Below, in pieces: positions 19,386 to 30,569 of a DNA stretch of 64,000 nt. Each line of letters opens with the position of its first letter. The first letter of the stretch is position 1. Source of the DNA: Candidatus Gallimonas merdigallinarum (GTDB taxonomy: Bacteria; Bacillota; Clostridia; Christensenellales; Borkfalkiaceae); the NCBI GenBank assembly GCA_904390485.1, contig CAJFLU010000007.1:5009-69008 (forward strand), read 5' to 3'. The notes under the pieces are model-generated. The model worked only from the letters and a program-made list of their open reading frames with translations, was not told the origin of the DNA and made no database searches. Made by a program: the position numbers and the translations under genes.

Positions 19386-19931
19386 ATGAAGGCAACGGGA
19401 ATTGTAAGAAGGATCGACGAGCTTGGGCGCGTGGTCATTCCGAAGGAGATACGGCGGACGCTGCGCATCCGCGAGGGCGATCCCCTTGAACTGTTTACCG
19501 ACCGCGACGAGCTGATGCTCAAAAAATATTCGCCCATTGCGAGCGTGGAACGCTTCTCGGAGGGGACGGCGAAATCGCTGCACGAGCAGAGCGGGTATCT
19601 CGCCGCCATTTCGGACGCGGACAACATTCTGCACGCGTTTGGCACGGGAAGAAAGGCTCTGATGGGGCGCGCCGTGTCCGATGAGATCACGGAACTCATG
19701 TCGGCGCGCGGGAGCCATCTGGCGAGCCTTGCCGAGGGCGGGAGCGTTCTGCCCGTCGTCAAGGACGGAGAGACGAATTTCACGGCGCAGTTCGTCGTGC
19801 CTATCGTGGCGGGCGGAGACTGCCTCGGCGCGGTCATTCTGCTGTCCTCGGAGGAGGGCGCGGTCATGGAGTCGTCGGCGGTCAAGCTCGCGCGGCTGAC
19901 GGCGGATATTATTGCGAGCCAATTTGAGTGA
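19386..19931 (+). CDS. spoVT: Stage V sporulation protein T (AbrB-family regulator with GAF-like domain)
   Basis: MKATGIVRRIDELGRVVIPKEIRRTLRIREGDPLE (SpoVT/AbrB swapped-hairpin N-terminus), 181 aa, followed by yabM/yabN-like genes as in Bacillus. Confidence 0.9.
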   Translation: MKATGIVRRIDELGRVVIPKEIRRTLRIREGDPLELFTDRDELMLKKYSPIASVERFSEGTAKSLHEQSGYLAAISDADNILHAFGTGRKALMGRAVSDEITELMSARGSHLASLAEGGSVLPVVKDGETNFTAQFVVPIVAGGDCLGAVILLSSEEGAVMESSAVKLARLTADIIASQFE

Positions 19932-20134
19932 GTTCACAGATTTTTCCCGAACTGACGGGAAAAATCTTCGTGATTTCTCAGAAAAACCCAATGTTCGCTG
20001 CGCTCTGCATTCGGTTTTTCTCGCCGCCGCTGTTTCGCAACAGTATAGCTCGCGGCGGCTCACTTTTCTGCAAAAGCGCAGGTATGCGCAAATTGAGGGC
20101 GCTGGCGCAAAATGCGATTTTGCTTGCGCGAGAT
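19932..20134 (+). repeat. Structured intergenic repeat, copy A (full length)
   Basis: Starts 1 nt after the spoVT stop. GTTCACAGA-TTTTTCCCG-AACTGA-CGGGAAAAA ... GCGCAGGTATGCGCAAA ... GCAAAAT-GCG-ATTTTGC-TTGCGCGAGAT. Aligns with 26214-26419. Confidence 0.75.
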
Positions 20135-20162
20135 TTAGAATTCTTTTTGTAAACGATAAGTT

Positions 20163-20193
20163 AAGGGCGCAAAATGCGATTTTGCTTGCGAGA
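20163..20193 (+). repeat. Extra copy of the 3' module of the repeat (GGGCGCAAAATGCGATTTTGCTTGCGAGAAT)
   Basis: Near-identical to 20103-20134. Confidence 0.7.
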
Positions 20194-20291
20194 ATGCGGG
20201 TGCAGGCGCATGGGGGGAGCCGCGCGAAGATTGCTGCCGTACGGACGGAGCGGAACAGGGGCGATGGCGTTTTGCGCCGCGCCCTTACATA

Positions 20292-21752
20292 ATGAAGCAC
20301 GCAGTATTTTTCAGACACGTCGCCGTCGTCAGCCTCGGCGGACTCATCGCAAAGGGGATCGGCGCGCTCTACCGTATCCCGCTCGCCAATCTTCTGGGCG
20401 GGTACGGCATGGGGCTGTATCAGATGGCGTATCCGCTCTTCTGCCTCATGCTCACCTTTTCCTCTGCGGGCGTGCCGGCTGCGCTCGCGCGGACGGTCGC
20501 CGCGGAGCGGGCGGCGGGCAAGGACAGCGGCACGCTGAAAACCGCGCTGCGGCTGTTTGCGATCCCGGGACTTTTGGGGACTGCGCTCATGTGCCTGCTT
20601 GCGCCCGCCGTCGCCCGCTGGCAGGGCGACGGCGGGCTTGTCGGGTGCTATCTCGCTCTCGCGCCCGCCGTCCTGCTTGTCGCGCTCGTCGCGGTGCTGC
20701 GGGGGTATTATCAGGGAAAGAGCGATATGCTCCCCACGGCGCTCTCGGAGATCGTGGAACAGATCGTCAAGGCGGGGGCGGGATTGGCGTTCGCTTCGCG
20801 CTTTGCGGGCGATCCCGTCCGCGCCGCGCAGGCGGCGCTGCTCGCCGTGACCGTCTCCGAGCTGTTCGCGCTCTTTTTCCTTGCCGCGCGCGCCCGCGGA
20901 GAGGGGCGCGTACGCTTGGGGAAGCGGCTTTCCGTGCGCCGCCCCGCGGACATGGGTGTGTTCTTTGCCGCCCTGCCCGTCATGGCTGCCGCCGCGCTCC
21001 TGCCGCTCTCGCATATGCTGGACAGCGTCGTCATCGTGCGGCTTTTGTCCCGCCATACGGCGGAGGCGGTCTCGCTGTACGGTCTGTTCGCGGGGAGCGC
21101 GGCTTCCCTCATCGGACTGCCCGCGACGGTTTGTTACGGTCTGGTGGCGGCGTCCGTGCCTGCCGTGGCGGCGTGTGCCTCGCGCGGGGAGGAAGAGGAG
21201 GCGCGCCGCCGCGCCGCGCTTGCCGTGCTCGTCACCGTCGCGCTTGCCGCGCCCTGCGCGGTGGGGCTGTTCGTCCTCGCGCGCCCCGTTGTCGCGCTCC
21301 TGTATCCGTCGCTGACGGCGGGGGAGGCGGAAACGCTCGTTACGCTCCTCCGCCTTTCGTCCGTCTCCGCAGCGTCGCTCGCGGGGCTGGATACGCTCTC
21401 CGCCTGCCTGACGGGCATGGGGAAGGCGAAATGCGCCGCGCTCTCCATGCTCGTCGCCGTGTGCGTCAAGTTTCTCGTGCAGCAGACGCTCGTGGGCGAT
21501 CCCGCGTGGTCGGTCTACGGCGCGGCGGTTGCCGCCAACGCCTGCTATCTGGTTGCTTTTTTCCTCGATTTGTTTTATACTATCAGAAAAAAACGGGTGA
21601 AGGGTTATGATCACAGTCATCGGATTGGGCGCAGAGCGGGGCGACGTAACGGCGCGCGGACTTGCCGCGGCAAAGGCGGCGGACAGAGTGTTCGTGCGCA
21701 CGCAAACGCATCCGTCGGCGCAGAGCTTGACGGACGCGGGGATCGCGTTTGA
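20292..21752 (+). CDS. MOP-superfamily flippase (YabM / SpoVB / MurJ-like)
   Basis: GGLIAKGIGALYRIPLANLLGGYGMGLYQMAYPLF, about 12+ TM segments, position after spoVT. Last ~48 codons overlap the next gene. Confidence 0.8.
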   Translation: MKHAVFFRHVAVVSLGGLIAKGIGALYRIPLANLLGGYGMGLYQMAYPLFCLMLTFSSAGVPAALARTVAAERAAGKDSGTLKTALRLFAIPGLLGTALMCLLAPAVARWQGDGGLVGCYLALAPAVLLVALVAVLRGYYQGKSDMLPTALSEIVEQIVKAGAGLAFASRFAGDPVRAAQAALLAVTVSELFALFFLAARARGEGRVRLGKRLSVRRPADMGVFFAALPVMAAAALLPLSHMLDSVVIVRLLSRHTAEAVSLYGLFAGSAASLIGLPATVCYGLVAASVPAVAACASRGEEEEARRRAALAVLVTVALAAPCAVGLFVLARPVVALLYPSLTAGEAETLVTLLRLSSVSAASLAGLDTLSACLTGMGKAKCAALSMLVAVCVKFLVQQTLVGDPAWSVYGAAVAANACYLVAFFLDLFYTIRKKRVKGYDHSHRIGRRAGRRNGARTCRGKGGGQSVRAHANASVGAELDGRGDRV

Positions 21753-22998
21753 GAGTTTCGACGAGTTCTACGAGCGCAGCCGCAGCTACGACGCGCTCGT
21801 GAAAAACATCGTGCGCGAGGTGCGCCGCGCGGGAAAGGAGCAGAACGTCTGCTACTGCGTGGACGGCTCTCCCGCGGAGGACAGGGCGGCGCGCGCGCTC
21901 ATGCAATATCGCCAAACGATCGCCGTCGACGGCGTTTCCAAGGCGTCCGCGGCGGCGGCAAAGGCGGGGATCGGCGATTTCCTCGCCCTTTCGGCGTACG
22001 ACGTGACGGCGGCGAAGCTCGTCCGCCCGCTCGTCGTGTACGATCTTGCCGACAGGGTGCAGGCGGCGGACGTCAAGCTCGCGCTCTGCGACGCGTTCGG
22101 CGACGAATCGCCCGCGTTCTTCGTCTGCGGCAGCAAGGCGCAAAAGATCGCGCTCTTCGAGGCGGACCGCCAGAAGTCGTACGACGCGACCTGCGCGCTC
22201 GTCCTGCCCGACGTGCCGCTTCTGGAAAAGAAACGGTTCGATCTTTGGGATTTCATCGCCATTTTAAAGCGTCTGCGCGCGCCCGACGGCTGCCCGTGGG
22301 ACAGGGTGCAGACGCATTCGAGCATCCGCATCAACGCCATCGAAGAGGCTTACGAGCTGGTGGACGCGATCGACGCGGACGACCCCGCGAAGATGTGCGA
22401 GGAGGCGGGCGACGTCATCATGCAGGCGGCGTTCCACACCCTCATCGAGGAGGAGCGCGGCAACTTCAACATGACGGACGTTCTCTCCGGGGTGTGCGAG
22501 AAGCTCATCACGCGGCACACGCACGTGTTCGGGAGCGACAGGGCGGCGGGCGCGGACGGCGCGCTCACCGTGTGGGAAAAGAACAAGATGAAGGAGAAGG
22601 GACAGGAGACGTTCTCCGACTCCGTCAACGACGTTCCCGAAGGCTTCCCCGCGCTGCTGCGCGCGCAGAAGGTGCGCAAGCGCATGGAAAAAGGGGGCTG
22701 GGCGCGCGGAACGGCGGCGGAGGTCTCCGCCCGTCTCTCGTCGTCTCTGACCGCCTTTGAAAACGCCAAGGAGAAGGCGGATGCCGAGGCTGCGCTCTCC
22801 GAAATTTTGTGGGAGTGCGCCGCGCTAGGGCGCACGGCGGGCGTGGACTGCGAGCAGGCGCTCCTTGACCGCGCAAAGCGCGCGCAGAAGGAGTACACGG
22901 CGTTCGAGGCGCGCGTGCTTGCGGACGGCAAGGACGTGAACGCGCTCTCCGCGGAGGAACGCGCGCGGTACATGGACGAGGCGAAGCGTGATTCGTGA
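21607..22998 (+). CDS. mazG: YabN-type protein: tetrapyrrole-methylase-like domain fused to MazG NTP pyrophosphohydrolase
   Basis: MITVIGLGAERGD N-terminus. CPWDRVQTHSSIRINAIEEAYELVDAI and EEAGDV MazG motifs. Confidence 0.85.
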   Translation: MITVIGLGAERGDVTARGLAAAKAADRVFVRTQTHPSAQSLTDAGIAFESFDEFYERSRSYDALVKNIVREVRRAGKEQNVCYCVDGSPAEDRAARALMQYRQTIAVDGVSKASAAAAKAGIGDFLALSAYDVTAAKLVRPLVVYDLADRVQAADVKLALCDAFGDESPAFFVCGSKAQKIALFEADRQKSYDATCALVLPDVPLLEKKRFDLWDFIAILKRLRAPDGCPWDRVQTHSSIRINAIEEAYELVDAIDADDPAKMCEEAGDVIMQAAFHTLIEEERGNFNMTDVLSGVCEKLITRHTHVFGSDRAAGADGALTVWEKNKMKEKGQETFSDSVNDVPEGFPALLRAQKVRKRMEKGGWARGTAAEVSARLSSSLTAFENAKEKADAEAALSEILWECAALGRTAGVDCEQALLDRAKRAQKEYTAFEARVLADGKDVNALSAEERARYMDEAKRDS

Positions 22999-23962
22999 GC
23001 TGAATATCGCGGGCATGGTATGCCCGAACAACGTGTTCCTCGCGCCGCTCGCGGGATATACGAACTATCCCTTCCGCACCATGTGCATGCGTCTCGGCGC
23101 GGGGCTGACGTTTACGGAGATGGTGAGCTGCAAGGGGCTTGCCTACGGCAGCGAGGAGACGAGAAAGCTCCTTTATTGCGGCGAGGAATCGCCCAAGGCG
23201 GCGCAGATCTTCGGGAGCGATCCCGCGATCATGCGCGCGGCGTGCGAGAGCGAGGACTTGTCGCCCTTCGACCTCATCGATATCAACATGGGCTGCCCCA
23301 TGCCCAAGATCGTCTCGAACGGCGACGGCAACGCGCTCATGGAAAATCTCCCGCTTGCGGAGAAGGTCATCTCCGAATGCGCAAAGAGCGGGAAACGGAT
23401 CTCCGTCAAGTTCCGCATCGGCGTTGCGCCCGAAAAAAAGATCGCCGCGGAGTTTGCGCGGTTGTGCGAGGGCGCGGGGGCGTGCATGATCACGGTTCAC
23501 GGCAGAACGCGCGACAAGCTGTATGCGGGCGCGCCCGATTACGCGGAGATCGCCGCGGCAAAGAACGCCGTGCATATCCCCGTCATTGCGAACGGCGGGA
23601 TCTGGTCGAGGAGCGACGCGGAAAAGATGACGGAGCGCACGGGGGCGGACGGGGTGATGATCGCCCGCGCCGCGCTCTACCGCCCGCAGACGTTCTGCGA
23701 TATTCTCGGCACGGAAGCGCCGCCCATGCGCGAACTCTTTTTCCGCCAGCTTGACGAAACGCTTGCGCTGTACGGCGAGCGGTTCGCAATCGTCTTTATG
23801 CGCAAGATGGCGGCGTTCTACTGCAAGGGCGTCAGGGGCGCGGCGGAGTACAAGCGGCGGCTCTTTTCGGCGGATACCGTCGAAGCCCTCCGCGCCGTGG
23901 CGGAAGAGGTGTTTCCCGAAGGCGCGTTCTCCGCGCCGCCCGAAACGGGCGTTTCATCGTAA
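22988..23962 (+). CDS. dus: tRNA-dihydrouridine synthase
   Basis: FLAPLAGYTNYPFR, IDINMGCP, TVHGRTR, IANGGI. Confidence 0.9.
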   Translation: MIRELNIAGMVCPNNVFLAPLAGYTNYPFRTMCMRLGAGLTFTEMVSCKGLAYGSEETRKLLYCGEESPKAAQIFGSDPAIMRAACESEDLSPFDLIDINMGCPMPKIVSNGDGNALMENLPLAEKVISECAKSGKRISVKFRIGVAPEKKIAAEFARLCEGAGACMITVHGRTRDKLYAGAPDYAEIAAAKNAVHIPVIANGGIWSRSDAEKMTERTGADGVMIARAALYRPQTFCDILGTEAPPMRELFFRQLDETLALYGERFAIVFMRKMAAFYCKGVRGAAEYKRRLFSADTVEALRAVAEEVFPEGAFSAPPETGVSS

Positions 23963-24022
23963 AATATGCCGTAAAAACGCGCATGGCGGGAAGCGTATCC
24001 CCCCATTGCAAACATATTATAA

Positions 24023-24053
24023 AGGCGTGTAGACGAAAATACGCGCCTTTTTT
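24023..24053 (+). terminator. Intrinsic terminator after dus
   Basis: AGGCGTGTA-8 nt-TACGCGCCT (one G.U) followed by T6. Confidence 0.7.
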
Positions 24054-24059
24054 GCTGTC

Positions 24060-24093
24060 GGCATGGAAAATTTCGGCAAATCCATGCCGTTTT
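24060..24093 (+). terminator. Second hairpin / terminator
   Basis: GGCATGGA-13 nt-TCCATGCC then GTTTT. Confidence 0.5.
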
Positions 24094-24115
24094 ACTGTAC
24101 TTTTTTTTGCGCCTG

Positions 24116-24124
24116 TGGTATAAT
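24116..24124 (+). promoter_or_regulatory. Extended -10 element (TGgTATAAT), candidate gyrB promoter
   Basis: Perfect TATAAT with a TG motif 175 nt upstream of gyrB. No clear -35. Confidence 0.5.
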
Positions 24125-24204
24125 AAATTCGGTTAAAATCTCCCCATGGGAATGGGATTTGTGTCAAGGAACGCAACGCGGCTTTTTGGGAAGAGGATTT
24201 AAAA

Positions 24205-24277
24205 ATCTCGCGCAAGCAAAATTGCATTTTGCGCATACCTGCGCGCCGCGACGACGTCAGTTCGGAAAAATCTGTGA
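24205..24277 (-). repeat. Structured intergenic repeat, copy C (internally deleted, inverted orientation)
   Basis: Reverse complement reads CTCACAGATTTTTCCGAACTGACG...GCGCAGGTATGCGCAAAATGCAATTTTGCTTGCGCGAGAT, i.e. both termini of copy A without the ~125-nt middle. Confidence 0.7.
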
Positions 24278-26212
<1,935 letters not shown>

Positions 26213-26213
26213 A

Positions 26214-26419
26214 GGTTCACACTTTTTTCCGCGAACTGACGCGGAAAAAAGTCGTGACTTTGAGAGACAACCCGCGGGTACGCCTGCGGCTGACCGCGTG
26301 TTTTCTCTCTGCGGCGCAATCGCAACATAATAGCGCGCCGCATTCACTCTTTCCCCATAAGCGCAGGTATGCGCAAATGTGGGGCGCGGGCGCAGGGAAA
26401 CCCTGCTTGCGCGAGTGAT
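26214..26419 (+). repeat. Structured intergenic repeat, copy B (full length)
   Basis: Starts 2 nt after the gyrB stop. GTTCACAC-TTTTTTCCGCG-AACTGA-CGCGGAAAAAA ... GCGCAGGTATGCGCAAA ... GCAGGG-AAA-CCCTGC-TTGCGCGAG. Confidence 0.75.
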
Positions 26420-26428
26420 TATAACTTG

Positions 26429-26500
26429 CCTCCCTCACTGAGGGAGGTGGCGCGGCAAAGCCGTGACGGTGGGAGTTCTTGCCCTCCCTGTGCAAGGGGG
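26429..26500 (+). repeat. Two CCTCCC-type hairpins (CCTCCCT-cactg-AGGGAGG; CCTCCCT-gtgca-AGGGGG)
   Basis: Read directly. A related hairpin is at 29534-29554. Confidence 0.6.
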
Positions 26501-26749
26501 CGCAGAAAAGCTGCGACGGAAGGGTTGTCTTGCTATCAGTTCGTTGCAAAAGGCGTCACTGCGTTATGCCTACTTGCTATAAATTACAGATACAAGCAGG
26601 GTTGCCCTGCGCAGTATGCCTCAATTTGCCGCTCACGCGGCTTTCAGGTAGGTGTGAATGCGGGCGAACTATAATTGTAAGCCCCTAAGGTTCGCCCGCA
26701 GAGCGGGAGGTGCTGTCAGGCACAAAGTGCCGTGTCAGCTCAGATCACG

Positions 26750-26781
26750 AAATTTTGTCGTCCCTTTGGACGAGAAAATTT
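26750..26781 (+). promoter_or_regulatory. Long hairpin in the gyrA leader
   Basis: AAATTTTGTCGTCC-CTTT-GGACGAGAAAATTT, 13 of 14 positions paired, ends 12 nt before the gyrA RBS (AAGGAG). Confidence 0.5.
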
Positions 26782-26802
26782 GTGAAGAGTTAAGGAGTTT
26801 TT

Positions 26803-29433
26803 ATGGCTAAAAAAGAGACAAGTCCCGAGCTGACCGAAGAATTTAAAAAGACGCTCGAAATGACCAAGATCCTCGACGTCGAGGTCGACGACGAACTGAA
26901 ACGCTCCTTCATCGCCTACGCGATGGCGGTCAATAAGTCCCGCGCCATTCCCGACGTGCGCGACGGACTCAAACCCGTTCACAGGAGAATCCTCTACTCC
27001 ATGCACGAAATGGGGCTGTACAACGAGAAGGCGTACCGCAAGTGCGCGCGTATCGTCGGTGACGTTCTGGGTAAATTCCACCCGCACGGCGACATTTCGG
27101 TGTACGACGCGCTCGTGCGTCTGGCGCAGGATTTCTCCATCAACTTCCCGCTCGTCGACGGACACGGCAACTTCGGCTCGGTGGACGGCGATCCCCCCGC
27201 GGCAATGCGTTATACCGAGGCGCGCCTAAGTAAGCTCGCCGCGGAAATGCTGCGCGATCTCGATAAGGAGACGGTGGATTTCTTCCCCAACTTCGACGGC
27301 AACGAGATGGAACCCGCCGTGCTCACGGCGCGCTTCCCCAACCTGCTCGTCAACGGCTCGGACGGTATCGCCGTCGGTATGGCGACGAATATCCCGCCGC
27401 ATAACCTCGCCGAGGTCATCGACGGCACGGTCGCGCTCATCGAAAATCCCGACATTACGGTCGACGAACTGATGAACTACATCCCCGCGCCCGACTTCCC
27501 CACGGGCGGCATCATCATGGGGCGCAGCGGGATCCGCAAGGCGTACCGCACGGGGCAGGGGAACATCGTCATCCGCTCCAAATGCGAGATCGAGGAGCAC
27601 GGCACGGGCGGGAATTTAAGAAGCCGCATCGTCGTCACCGAAATTCCCTATCAGGTCAACAAAGCCCAGCTCATCGAGACGATCGCGAACATGGTGCGCG
27701 ATAAACGTCTCGAAGGCATTTCGGATATCCGCGAGGAGTCGGGGCGCGACGGTATGCGCGTCGTCATCGAATGCAAGAAGGACGCGAACCCGCAGGTCGT
27801 CCTGAACTCCCTCTACAAGCATACCAATTTGCAGACTTCCGACGGCATTATCCTTTTGGCGCTCGTCGAGAACGGCACCGAGCCGAAAGTGCTCAACCTG
27901 CGCGAGATTCTCGTGTATTATCTCGACCACCAGAAGGAAGTCATCGTCCGCCGCACGAAGTTCGATCTTGCCCGCACCGAGGAGCGCGCGCATATCGTCG
28001 AAGGGCTTGTCCTTGCGCTCGCCAATATCGACGAGGTCATCAAAATCATCAAGGAATCGGCGGATAAGAACGAGGCGACGGAACGCCTGACCGCCGCGTT
28101 CGAGCTTTCCGAACGGCAGGCGAACGCGATTCTCGAAATGCGCTTGCAGCGTCTCACTTCCCTCGAAGTGGAGAAGCTCAAAGAGGAGCTGGAAGGACTG
28201 CGCGCCACCATCGCCGACCTCAAAGATATTCTCGCAAACGAATGGCGCGTGCTCGAAATCATCAAGAACGATCTGCTTGCCATCAAGGCGAAATATCCCT
28301 CCGAAAGAAAGACGGAGATCTCCGTCGATTACGGCGAGATCGAGGACGAGGACCTCATCGACGAGGAGGACGTCGTCATTTCCATGACCCATTCGGGCTA
28401 TGTGAAGCGTTTCCCCGTTGCCGAATACCGCGCGCAGAACCGCGGCGGCGTGGGCATTACGGGGCATCGCCCGAAGGAGGACGACTTCGTCGAGCAGATG
28501 TTCGTATGCTCCACGCATAACAATATCCTGCTCTTCTCCAACTTCGGCAAGGTGTACTCCATCAAGGGGTATCAGATTCCCGAGGCGAACCGCACCGCGC
28601 GCGGACGGGCGATCGTCAATATCGTCCAGCTCAACGCGGGCGAGAAGATCGCCGCCATTCTGCCCGTTGCGGAAAACGGCACGGGGTATCTTGTGATGGC
28701 GACCAAGAACGGTCTCATCAAAAAGACCGCCACGAGCGAGTTCGACCGCATCATGCGCAGCGGCAAGATCGCCATTAAAATTTCCGAGGGAGACGAACTC
28801 ATCTCCGTACAGTTCGCGACAGGCTCGGACGAGATCGTCGTCGCCTCGCGTTCCGGCAAGTGTATCCGCTTCTCCGAAGAGAACGTCCGCCCGATGGGGC
28901 GCGATACGATGGGCGTGCGCGCCATCAACCTCGCGGAGGGCGACGCCGTCGTCGATATGCTCGTTCTCAAAGAGGGGTACGATATTCTCACCGTCTCCGA
29001 GAACGGCTACGGCAAGCGCACCGATCCCGCCGATTACCGCGTGCAGACGCGCGGCGGCAAGGGCATCAAGGCGGGCGTGTTCAACGAAAAGACGGGCGCG
29101 CTTGTGAATATGAAGCTCGTCTCCGATGACGACGATGTCATGCTCGTCACGTCTGCGGGCATCGTCATCCGTATGCACGCGGAGAGCATTTCGCAGATCG
29201 GGCGCAATACCCGCGGCGTGCGGCTCATGAACGTGCGCGACGGCGTGGTCGCCACCGTTGCCGTCACCGAAAAGGACGACGAGGCGGAAGTCGAAGCGCC
29301 CGAAGAGACGGCTGCCGACCTCTCGCCCGAGGACCTCGCCGAGGGCGCGGACGAAACGGAAGAGAGCGACGTCACGCCCGAAGGGGAGAGCGGGAAGGAT
29401 TCCCCCGCAGAACCCGAAACGGACGGCGAATAA
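26803..29433 (+). CDS. gyrA: DNA gyrase subunit A
   Basis: [26 protein letters not shown], active-site region [10 protein letters not shown], six C-terminal beta-pinwheel repeats, acidic ~50-aa tail. Confidence 0.98.
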   Translation: MAKKETSPELTEEFKKTLEMTKILDVEVDDELKRSFIAYAMAVNKSRAIPDVRDGLKPVHRRILYSMHEMGLYNEKAYRKCARIVGDVLGKFHPHGDISVYDALVRLAQDFSINFPLVDGHGNFGSVDGDPPAAMRYTEARLSKLAAEMLRDLDKETVDFFPNFDGNEMEPAVLTARFPNLLVNGSDGIAVGMATNIPPHNLAEVIDGTVALIENPDITVDELMNYIPAPDFPTGGIIMGRSGIRKAYRTGQGNIVIRSKCEIEEHGTGGNLRSRIVVTEIPYQVNKAQLIETIANMVRDKRLEGISDIREESGRDGMRVVIECKKDANPQVVLNSLYKHTNLQTSDGIILLALVENGTEPKVLNLREILVYYLDHQKEVIVRRTKFDLARTEERAHIVEGLVLALANIDEVIKIIKESADKNEATERLTAAFELSERQANAILEMRLQRLTSLEVEKLKEELEGLRATIADLKDILANEWRVLEIIKNDLLAIKAKYPSERKTEISVDYGEIEDEDLIDEEDVVISMTHSGYVKRFPVAEYRAQNRGGVGITGHRPKEDDFVEQMFVCSTHNNILLFSNFGKVYSIKGYQIPEANRTARGRAIVNIVQLNAGEKIAAILPVAENGTGYLVMATKNGLIKKTATSEFDRIMRSGKIAIKISEGDELISVQFATGSDEIVVASRSGKCIRFSEENVRPMGRDTMGVRAINLAEGDAVVDMLVLKEGYDILTVSENGYGKRTDPADYRVQTRGGKGIKAGVFNEKTGALVNMKLVSDDDDVMLVTSAGIVIRMHAESISQIGRNTRGVRLMNVRDGVVATVAVTEKDDEAEVEAPEETAADLSPEDLAEGADETEESDVTPEGESGKDSPAEPETDGE

Positions 29434-29466
29434 TCCGTTCGGGATAACAGTTGAAAGATAATGAAT

Positions 29467-29492
29467 GCGCCCGCGGCTTTTGCCGCGGGCGC
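29467..29492 (+). terminator. Hairpin after gyrA
   Basis: GCGCCCGCGGC-TTTT-GCCGCGGGCGC, perfect 11-bp stem. Weak U tail. Confidence 0.6.
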
Positions 29493-29533
29493 AGCGCTTT
29501 CAAAAGCGGGAGGGGAACGCGCGTCTTTTCCTG

Positions 29534-29554
29534 CCTCCCCTGTGTAAGGGGAGG
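29534..29554 (+). repeat. CCTCCC-type hairpin (CCTCCCC-tgtgtaa-GGGGAGG)
   Basis: Same motif class as 26429-26500. Confidence 0.55.
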
Positions 29555-29626
29555 TGTTGAGTGAAGCGAAACGAAGGGGGGAATGCGGGCGCAAAGCGAT
29601 GATCGGCGCGTTGCGCAACATATCAA

Positions 29627-29656
29627 GCCGCCCGCCGCAATTTTGCGGCGGGCGGC
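29627..29656. terminator. GC-rich palindrome between convergent gyrA and PHP-phosphatase genes
   Basis: GCCGCCCGCCGCAA-TT-TTGCGGCGGGCGGC. Confidence 0.5.
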
Positions 29657-29726
29657 TCTGTCGCTTACAAAATTCCGATTGCTTTGTATCCCGTCAGGGG
29701 CGGTTTTGCGGTGCATCTGAGCGCGG

Positions 29727-30548
29727 TCAGATTTCCACAAAGTGCCGTTTGCCGCAGTCGGGAACCGCGATATGCGTGAAGCCGATGGCGCGGAGCGCGG
29801 AAACGACGGTTTCCCGTCCCGCGCAGATGCGGTCTGCGCCGTGCGCGTCCGAGGCGAACGAGACGAGCCGCCCGCCGAGGGCAAAGTACCGTTGAAGCAC
29901 GTCCGTGGCGGGGATAAAATCTCCCGCGCCGCGCGCGGACGAGTTGACTTCCAGAATTTTATCGCGCGCGATGACCCCGCGCAGAATGTCGTCGAGGAGG
30001 TCCGCATAGTCCGTATAGCGCATGGCGCGGTCGGGGTAGGGGGCATTCCGCGCAACGTAGCCGAGGTGCGCCACAATGTCGTAACGGTAGGGCGCGTCCA
30101 GACTCTCGCGTACGCGCAGAAGGTAGGCGCGGTAGGCGGTCTCCTTCGTCTTGCCGACGAAGTATTCCGCAAACCACGCGTCATGCCCGTCCACCGTATG
30201 CACGCTGTTCACGACGAAGTCGGGCTTGTACCGCGCGATCAGGTCCGCATACATGGCATGGGCGCGTGCGTTCGGCGTGTATCCGAACTCGCCGCCGACG
30301 AGAAGGCGGGTACCATGTCCGCGTTCGGCTTGCAGTTTGCGCGCGCAGGCGAAGTAAGCCGCCGCGTCGGTCATGGGTACGGTTTTTCCCTCGACGAGGA
30401 CGCCGTCGGCGAGATAGTCGTAGTCGAAGTGCTCGGAAACGCCGTAGTAGGCGACGCCGAGCTCCTCCGCGCGGGCGAGCATATCCGCGAGCGGGGTGAT
30501 CCCGTCCGCGGAAAACGTGCTGTGCGTGTGTACGTCGGTAAGTTTCAT
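29727..30548 (-). CDS. PHP-family histidinol-phosphatase-like hydrolase (HisJ/HisK family)
   Basis: Start moved to MKLTDVHTHSTFSADG. SEHFDY, NSVH, AHLGY, FASDAH metal-ligand blocks. Confidence 0.8.
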   Translation of the reverse strand: MKLTDVHTHSTFSADGITPLADMLARAEELGVAYYGVSEHFDYDYLADGVLVEGKTVPMTDAAAYFACARKLQAERGHGTRLLVGGEFGYTPNARAHAMYADLIARYKPDFVVNSVHTVDGHDAWFAEYFVGKTKETAYRAYLLRVRESLDAPYRYDIVAHLGYVARNAPYPDRAMRYTDYADLLDDILRGVIARDKILEVNSSARGAGDFIPATDVLQRYFALGGRLVSFASDAHGADRICAGRETVVSALRAIGFTHIAVPDCGKRHFVEI

Positions 30549-30569
30549 GCCTGCATTATAGCACGACCG

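Noticed and set aside
20174-21610. 478-aa plus-strand ORF in an alternative frame of the flippase gene
   Set aside because: Arg/Gly/Ala-rich with no hydrophobic periodicity. The 20292 frame gives a convincing MOP-family membrane protein.
18303-21701. 1132-aa ORF on the minus strand
   Set aside because: It runs antisense to three well-supported genes (XRE, spoVT, YabM-like). It is extremely Arg/Pro/Gly/Ala-rich with no domains, which is the typical stop-free antisense frame of GC-rich DNA.
27616-29178. 520-aa minus-strand ORF
   Set aside because: Antisense to gyrA. Same reasoning as above.
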